Translations under genes and position numbers: made by a program | Notes under the pieces: generated by a model | Seen by the model: only the letters and a program-made list of their open reading frames with translations | The model's database searches: none | Told to the model about the DNA's origin: nothing | Shown: piece after piece, positions 58,735-64,000 of the stretch | Layout: each line of letters opens with the position of its first letter | Numbering within the stretch: position 1 is the stretch's first letter | From: an uncultured Actinomycetes bacterium | GTDB lineage: Bacteria > Actinomycetota > Thermoleophilia > RBG-16-64-13 | NCBI GenBank assembly: GCA_963841735.1 | Contig: CAWJDT010000001.1 | Span: 448,001 to 512,000 of the forward strand | Direction of reading: 5' to 3' | DNA length: 64,000 nucleotides

Positions 58735-59253
58735 ATGCCGAAGGTCGCCATAGAAGCTGAGGCACCAGATTTCGAACTGGTAGATTTTCGCGGCGCACCC
58801 TTCAAGCTTTCAAGCCTTCGCGGGGCCAACGTATTGCTGGTGTTCAACCGCGGCTTCACCTGACCGTTCTGCCGCGCGCACATGGCGCAGTTGCGCCTAG
58901 ACCATGCGAAGTTCGAAGCGGCGGACACGGCCATTGTGGTCGTGGGCCCCGAAGGCACGAAGGCCTTCGCGACCTACTGGCGCAAGAACCACCTGCCTTT
59001 CATCGGCCTTCCCGATCCAAAGCACAGCGTGCTCAAGCTTTACGGTCAAGAGATCAAGCTCTTCAAGTACGGACGCATGCCGGCTCAGGTACTGGTGGAC
59101 AAGCGTGGGGTCGCCCGTTTCGTCCACTACGGCCACGATATGACCGACATCCCCAGCAACGAGGAGATACTGGGCCTCATCGCCTCGCTGGACGACGCCC
59201 CGTTGGGGGGCGCCGCGCCGCATGGCCGCCCACCGACTGCCGAGGGATCATGA
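58735..59253 (+). CDS. Peroxiredoxin-like AhpC/TSA selenoprotein (UPFC, Sec43)
   Basis: MPKVAIEAEAPDFEL...LVFNRGFT-TGA(58861)-PFC in frame with the downstream ORF; GGGAGG RBS. Confidence 0.88.
58864..58900 (+). promoter_or_regulatory. Putative bacterial SECIS element
   Basis: GC-rich inverted repeat GGCGCA-GT-TGCGCC with apical G about 20-35 nt after UGA. Confidence 0.6.
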
Positions 59254-60101
59254 CCAGGATCGCGCTTGTCACCGACTCCACCTGCGATCTGGCCGACGGC
59301 GAGCGGGCGAGATACGTGACGGCCATGGTGCCACTCCACGTCTGGATGGGCGGAACTAGTTACCTGGACCGCGTGGATTTCGACTCAGCCCTTTTCTACA
59401 AGCTCTTCAGGGAGAACGACCAGGGCGCCCAGACGTCGCAACCCAGCGCGGGTGAGTTCGTCAGCACATACAAGGCCCTTCTGGATGACTATGATTCGGT
59501 GATCTCGGTGCACATCTCCGGCCGGCTATCCGGAGCCATGCAGACTGCCGACCTCGCCGCCCGTTCGGTCGACCCGGCACGGGTCCGGGTAGTGGATTCC
59601 AGGCATGTCTCTGTGGGCGTGGGACTGGTAGTGCAGGCGGCGGGCGAAGCCATCCGAGTCGGTAAGTCTCTGGACGAGGTGGCGGCGGCGGCCGAGGCCG
59701 CCGCCGGCGATATCCGGGTGTACGGAGCCCTGCCTTCACTGGACGTCGCGGTGAGGGGAGGGCGCCTGAACGCCCGGGTGGCCAAGATGGCGGGGTTGAT
59801 CAAATTGAAGCCCCTCATCGTCTTCGACGAAGAAGGAGGAGTCCACACCGACGGAGCCCGCCTAGGCTACTACCGCGCACTGCGCGCCTTAGCCGAGAGG
59901 GTGGCCCGCTTCGCCGCCGAGGCTCCTGCCCGAGTGGTCATAGTGCACGCCGACGGGGCCCAGGCCGCCGAATACACCCGTCAGCACCTGCGCCGACTGT
60001 TCGCCGGCCTAGACATCCCCATAGTGGCGGCCGGAGCCGTTATCACCACCCATGTGGGCTTGGGCACCGTCGCGGTGGGCGTCCGGCGGAACGCATCATG
60101 A
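59250..60101 (+). CDS. DegV/FakB fatty-acid-binding protein
   Basis: VTDSTCDL, TSQPS, ISGRLSG, VVDS, THVG. Confidence 0.9.
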   Translation: MTRIALVTDSTCDLADGERARYVTAMVPLHVWMGGTSYLDRVDFDSALFYKLFRENDQGAQTSQPSAGEFVSTYKALLDDYDSVISVHISGRLSGAMQTADLAARSVDPARVRVVDSRHVSVGVGLVVQAAGEAIRVGKSLDEVAAAAEAAAGDIRVYGALPSLDVAVRGGRLNARVAKMAGLIKLKPLIVFDEEGGVHTDGARLGYYRALRALAERVARFAAEAPARVVIVHADGAQAAEYTRQHLRRLFAGLDIPIVAAGAVITTHVGLGTVAVGVRRNAS

Positions 60102-60931
60102 ACCTCGGCGCGTCCCTGGGGATCACCTTTGGCGTGATTGTGGCCTTCATGACCATCGGCTGGCTGCTGAGCCTTGTCCGCAAGGACGCAAGCGTGGTGG
60201 ACCCTCTCTGGGGGCTCGGGTTTGTCATAGCCGCCGCGAGCTACTTCTTGTTGCTCGACGGCTACTGGGGCCGGAAGGTCCTGGTGCTGGTGATGGTCGC
60301 GGCCTGGGGTCTGCGGCTGTCGGCCTACCTGCTCTGGCGCGCCCGAGGTCGCGGGGAAGACCCGCGCTACCAGGCGATGCGGGCCAAGCGGCCCTCCAGC
60401 TTCTGGTGGTACAGCTATCTGCAGGTGTTCCTGTTGCAGTCTGTGCTGCTGTGGATCATAGCGGCGCCCATCGCCGGGGCGATGGGCGCCCGGCCCGCGG
60501 GAGAGTCACCAGCGAGCATAAACGTGCTGGACTTCGTCGGAGTGGGGGTGTGGCTGTTCGGGCTGTGCTGGGAGGTGGTCGGCGATGCCCAACTCGCCAA
60601 GTTCAAGCGCGACCCCGGCAACAAGGGCAAGGTCATGCAGACCGGAGCCTGGCGCTATACCCGCCACCCCAACTACTTCGGCGAAGCCGTACTCTGGTGG
60701 GGCGTCTGGATCGTCGCCGCCTCGGCGGGCGGCTACTGGTCGGTCTACGGCCCGGTGATGATAACGGTGCTCCTGCTCCGCGTGTCGGGGGTCACCCTTC
60801 TAGAGAAAGGGCTGACCAGCTCCAAGCCCGGCTACCAGGAGTACATGTCACGCACCAGCGCCTTCGTGCCCAGACCTCCCCGCCGCCGCGAGGCACAGCC
60901 GGAAGACCAAGAGGTGGACGGCGACCGGTGA
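60098..60931 (+). CDS. DUF1295 (steroid 5-alpha-reductase-like) membrane protein
   Basis: VVDPLWG, WGLRL, EDPRY, WRYTRHPNYFGE. Confidence 0.88.
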   Translation: MNLGASLGITFGVIVAFMTIGWLLSLVRKDASVVDPLWGLGFVIAAASYFLLLDGYWGRKVLVLVMVAAWGLRLSAYLLWRARGRGEDPRYQAMRAKRPSSFWWYSYLQVFLLQSVLLWIIAAPIAGAMGARPAGESPASINVLDFVGVGVWLFGLCWEVVGDAQLAKFKRDPGNKGKVMQTGAWRYTRHPNYFGEAVLWWGVWIVAASAGGYWSVYGPVMITVLLLRVSGVTLLEKGLTSSKPGYQEYMSRTSAFVPRPPRRREAQPEDQEVDGDR

Positions 60932-61431
60932 TAGACGTCCTGGTGAACGACAAGATGCAGCAAGGCTACCGATACGTGCTCACCGAGCGGGTGGGCGCAG
61001 GTTTCGATCCAGCCTTCAATCCTGATCTCACCCCAGCCGAGATGCTGACTCTAGGCGTGTTCGGCGGCAAGTACATGACCGACTGCCGGGAGGAGTTCCC
61101 TGCCCAGTGGTATGTGGAGGCGAAGCTGTCACCGGAGCGAAAGGACCCTTCGCTGAACTTCTTCGGCATCGACGCTTCTCTGCCCCTTGTTGAGTGGCAA
61201 AAGCGGGGCTGGATCCATCCCGACGATCCTAGGGGCTGGTTTCAGTGGTACTGCCGCTATTACATGGGCCGCAGGCTGCCGGATGAGGACACCCGACAGA
61301 TAGGGCGTTGGAGGGCCATGAGAAGACATGTCGCCCAGGTGCGCAGAAACTGCGCCGCGGGCGACCTCAGTTGCCGCCAGCGCCAGCGCCAAGCGTTGCT
61401 GCACTGGGCCTACGACTCGAGGGACATCTAG
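60928..61431 (+). CDS. Conserved hypothetical protein
   Basis: PDLTPAEML.LGVFGGKY...DPRGWFQWYCRYYMGRR...RQALLHWAYD; GTGA overlap. Confidence 0.8.
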   Translation: MIDVLVNDKMQQGYRYVLTERVGAGFDPAFNPDLTPAEMLTLGVFGGKYMTDCREEFPAQWYVEAKLSPERKDPSLNFFGIDASLPLVEWQKRGWIHPDDPRGWFQWYCRYYMGRRLPDEDTRQIGRWRAMRRHVAQVRRNCAAGDLSCRQRQRQALLHWAYDSRDI

Positions 61432-61523
61432 GCGCCGCGCGCGCTCCCGTGCTCCCGCGCCCGCCGGGCTGGCCGGCGCGAGGCACCGGCCGGGCGCTGG
61501 TAGCCGCCGAGGCCGGCGGCGGC

Positions 61524-62759
61524 CTACTGCACCGTGTATTCCTCCCAAGTGTTCGGAACAACGTTCACGCTGATCACGTACTGCCTTTTGATGTTGATGA
61601 GGACTTGGTCGTTGTAGTTGAGCTCGGCTGTGTTGCCGGTTCCCTTGTTCAGAAGGCTCCCCGAACAGTAGAGAGCGCCGTGGATACTACAGGTGCCGTA
61701 CAGCGCGCTGTCGCCCACCGTGACCAACACCCCATACAGATCGGCAGAGCCTTTCATGTCCCACGTATTGGTGCTCCCGTCCGGAGTGTCGATCACCACG
61801 ACCACCGGCGCAGCCACGGTGCCTATCTGTTTACTTCCAGTAATGGTCACTCCGGTGGGGCTCTTGATGTAGACCACCTTGCCGTTCGCCTTGCCGCTGT
61901 TGAGGTAGGTTTGGGCCGACAGTGAGTCCGTGAAGTAGCTGCCCTGCTGCTTGGCCAGTATCTCTGCCGCCTTGCTCAAGTCTGGTGTGAAGAAGGAGTC
62001 AAAGTCCTGGACCTTGTCCTCGTCCTCGTACTCGGCACTCGGCAGGGTGGAGACACCATCTCCCGGGTTGATCCCCTTCCCAAGGGCATCGTGCACTTGA
62101 TAGTACACGGGGCCTGAGCCGTTCTCGATCTCGATGCCGAATCCCTGCCCGTTAGAGGCAACCTCGTTGGAGTAGAGCGCCAAGCCCCTGGGGAAAGCAA
62201 ACTCCCACCCTTGTCGTTCGGCCATTATCAGAATGCGGTGGCGGTCGTCGTCCACATTAGAGCTGGCGTCGACAAACATGATGCCGTCACCTATCGTGCC
62301 GTCGTCCATAACGTTGGCGTCCCAGTAGACGCGCTGGTCAACATCCGGAGGAACCGTGACGGTCTCCCCGCTTATGGTGGAGTTGTCGTACACCTCCACC
62401 TGCAGAAACTCGGACGCATCCGAGCGGCTGGGGTCCCAGAGAGCAGGGTTGTCATTCTGCAGCGTCTCCTTGAGCAAGGCCGCGTCTACGACCACCGAAC
62501 TGCTTGAGCTCGACGGCCATGTCAGCTTCAGCGCCAGCATGCCGGCGTCGACACCCGCCTCCGCAACGTTGAAAGACTTCACATCTGTGCGTTCGGTCTC
62601 GGTCGCCCGGGTCTGCGACGCGATGAGCCAGTAGAGCCCCACGCCTAGGATGAGAAAGATCATGATGAACATCACCACAATGACCATGATCGCCCCCCGC
62701 TCCCCGCCGGGCGCGGCCCAGAAGTTCTTCTGCCGCTCTATGCTATCGCGCTTCGCCAT
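61524..62759 (-). CDS. PilX-like minor pilin
   Basis: ERG + hydrophobic helix; SFNVAEAGV; C-terminal WEEY. Confidence 0.75.
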   Translation of the reverse strand: MAKRDSIERQKNFWAAPGGERGAIMVIVVMFIMIFLILGVGLYWLIASQTRATETERTDVKSFNVAEAGVDAGMLALKLTWPSSSSSSVVVDAALLKETLQNDNPALWDPSRSDASEFLQVEVYDNSTISGETVTVPPDVDQRVYWDANVMDDGTIGDGIMFVDASSNVDDDRHRILIMAERQGWEFAFPRGLALYSNEVASNGQGFGIEIENGSGPVYYQVHDALGKGINPGDGVSTLPSAEYEDEDKVQDFDSFFTPDLSKAAEILAKQQGSYFTDSLSAQTYLNSGKANGKVVYIKSPTGVTITGSKQIGTVAAPVVVVIDTPDGSTNTWDMKGSADLYGVLVTVGDSALYGTCSIHGALYCSGSLLNKGTGNTAELNYNDQVLINIKRQYVISVNVVPNTWEEYTVQ

Positions 62760-62783
62760 GTCTTCCCTGCCTATCTTATGGTT

Positions 62784-63479
62784 CTAGTACGTGCGCATAT
62801 TGCGCGGTTGCACCACCGAGGCCAGTTCGTGGTACTGAGGGCTTTTGTTGATGACCACATCGACCTTGAGTTTGATGTGAACCTCCCGTATCAGGGTGGG
62901 GTCGATCACGTGTTTCGGGTCGAGTTCGGTGCCGGTGGTCATAGGGAGCGCGGCCCCGTTCGCCCCAACGTAGGTGAACAGCCAGTTTTCAGGGTCGATG
63001 TCGTCGTTGCTCACCCAGGTCCCCACCAACCTCGAGCTGGAGCCGGTGGCGAAAGTGATATCGCCGGTCTGACTGTCGTCACGGTAAAGCGTACGATCCG
63101 AACGCACCCAGAACCTCACCAATTCCAGATCGTGGGCGGCATCGCGATCGACGTCGGCCCAGAGCACCACCAGATTGGGCTCGGCCCTAACGATAGCCAG
63201 CTCCAGATCCTCCGTGGGAGCCACCAACGGCTTCCGGGCAGTCCGTATAGATTCCACCATTTCGTTCAGGGCTTTTCGGGCCTCGGTCTGCGCAGTCATG
63301 TCCTCCTCGACAAAACCGTAAGTACGCTGCAGACCAAACCAGATGCCGTAGATAGCCCCCAAAACCACGATGAGAACCAGAGATGTGACCAGCAGCTCGA
63401 CCAGAGTGAAACCGTGCTCGGAGGAACCCCGGCCGAAGAGACAGCGCATGCGTTTGAGCTGAGCGACCATCGGTACCAC
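62784..63479 (-). CDS. Prepilin-type (PilW-like) minor pilin
   Basis: GFTLVELLV class III signal. Confidence 0.85.
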   Translation of the reverse strand: MVPMVAQLKRMRCLFGRGSSEHGFTLVELLVTSLVLIVVLGAIYGIWFGLQRTYGFVEEDMTAQTEARKALNEMVESIRTARKPLVAPTEDLELAIVRAEPNLVVLWADVDRDAAHDLELVRFWVRSDRTLYRDDSQTGDITFATGSSSRLVGTWVSNDDIDPENWLFTYVGANGAALPMTTGTELDPKHVIDPTLIREVHIKLKVDVVINKSPQYHELASVVQPRNMRTY

Positions 63480-63483
63480 CAGC

Positions 63484-64000
63484 CTAGAGAATGGTCATGA
63501 CGATATTCCCGGCCTGCTGCGGCAGTGAGAACGACTGATTTAGGGTCGGCCGTCCGCTGGCCGTGGCAGTGAGCAGGTAGTTGCCGGCCGGCAGACTACT
63601 GATGGTCTTCGTGCTCTTCCTGGCCACCGACGTGTTGAGAGTGAATCCATTGTCCCCCACCAAGTACAGCGAGTACGCCTTGTTGGTGGTGTTCTCCACC
63701 TTGACCAAAGAGAACTCGGGGACCGTGGTGGTAGTCGATGAGGTGGTGACAGACACAAGTGTTGTGGTCGTGGTATCCAGCAGCGTCGTGGTCGTAGTCA
63801 CCAGTTCGGGTATGGCCACCTCGATAGTCGCCTCCGGACCCACATTCGGAGGATCGAGACAGATGTCTACAGCCCACAGCCGGTACTGATACCAATTCTG
63901 TCCGCTCAGAGTTCCCCAGGGATCGATTTGTAGCGCGACGCTCCCCTGGTCGGTGTACGAGGTGGCGTTGGGATCCAGGTTGGCCTCAAGGGTGGTCCAC
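63484..64000 (-). CDS. C-terminal part of a pilin-cluster protein with FN3-like domain and Thr-rich linker (5' end outside window)
   Basis: Frame open to window edge: TSYTD...YQYRLWAVD, then TTTTT tracts. Confidence 0.6.
   Translation of the reverse strand, partial: WTTLEANLDPNATSYTDQGSVALQIDPWGTLSGQNWYQYRLWAVDICLDPPNVGPEATIEVAIPELVTTTTTLLDTTTTTLVSVTTSSTTTTVPEFSLVKVENTTNKAYSLYLVGDNGFTLNTSVARKSTKTISSLPAGNYLLTATASGRPTLNQSFSLPQQAGNIVMTIL

Overview
GC-rich bacterial chromosome segment, most likely from an anaerobic or facultative actinobacterium of Thermoleophilia type (inferred from dnaK-grpE-dnaJ-hspR, the ino1/pgsA/PimA-like cluster, the futalosine pathway and hdrCB). Contents in order: hdrB/hdrC; LRR lipoprotein; small toxin-antitoxin patch; pdxST; futalosine menaquinone operon; GT4; GGDEF cyclase; Moco operon; CpaF-like ATPase; ligA; surE/HAD; CIRCE-preceded FmdB/Ruc-like gene; dnaK operon with hsp20; class A PBP; clpB; rlmD; phosphatidylinositol cluster; NUDIX; YchF-like; PrsA; two cyclase-family hydrolases; two EamA; HD-GYP; catalase; a Sec-containing peroxiredoxin-like operon; minor type IV pilins. 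Many essential genes, mostly at 19-35 kb, carry single-base indels that look like long-read errors rather than pseudogenisation. Best leads: (1) a PimA-like glycosyltransferase fused to an intact PHP phosphoesterase downstream of pgsA-ino1, a candidate for the unidentified PIP phosphatase; (2) a UGA/SECIS selenoprotein coupled to DegV, DUF1295 and an unknown gene; (3) GC-rich in-frame Ala/Gly insertions in conserved enzymes; (4) two ~150-nt palindromes just after gene stops; (5) putative sigma28/WhiG promoters. No rRNA, tRNA or CRISPR array was recognised. All family assignments come from reading motifs by eye, not from database searches.
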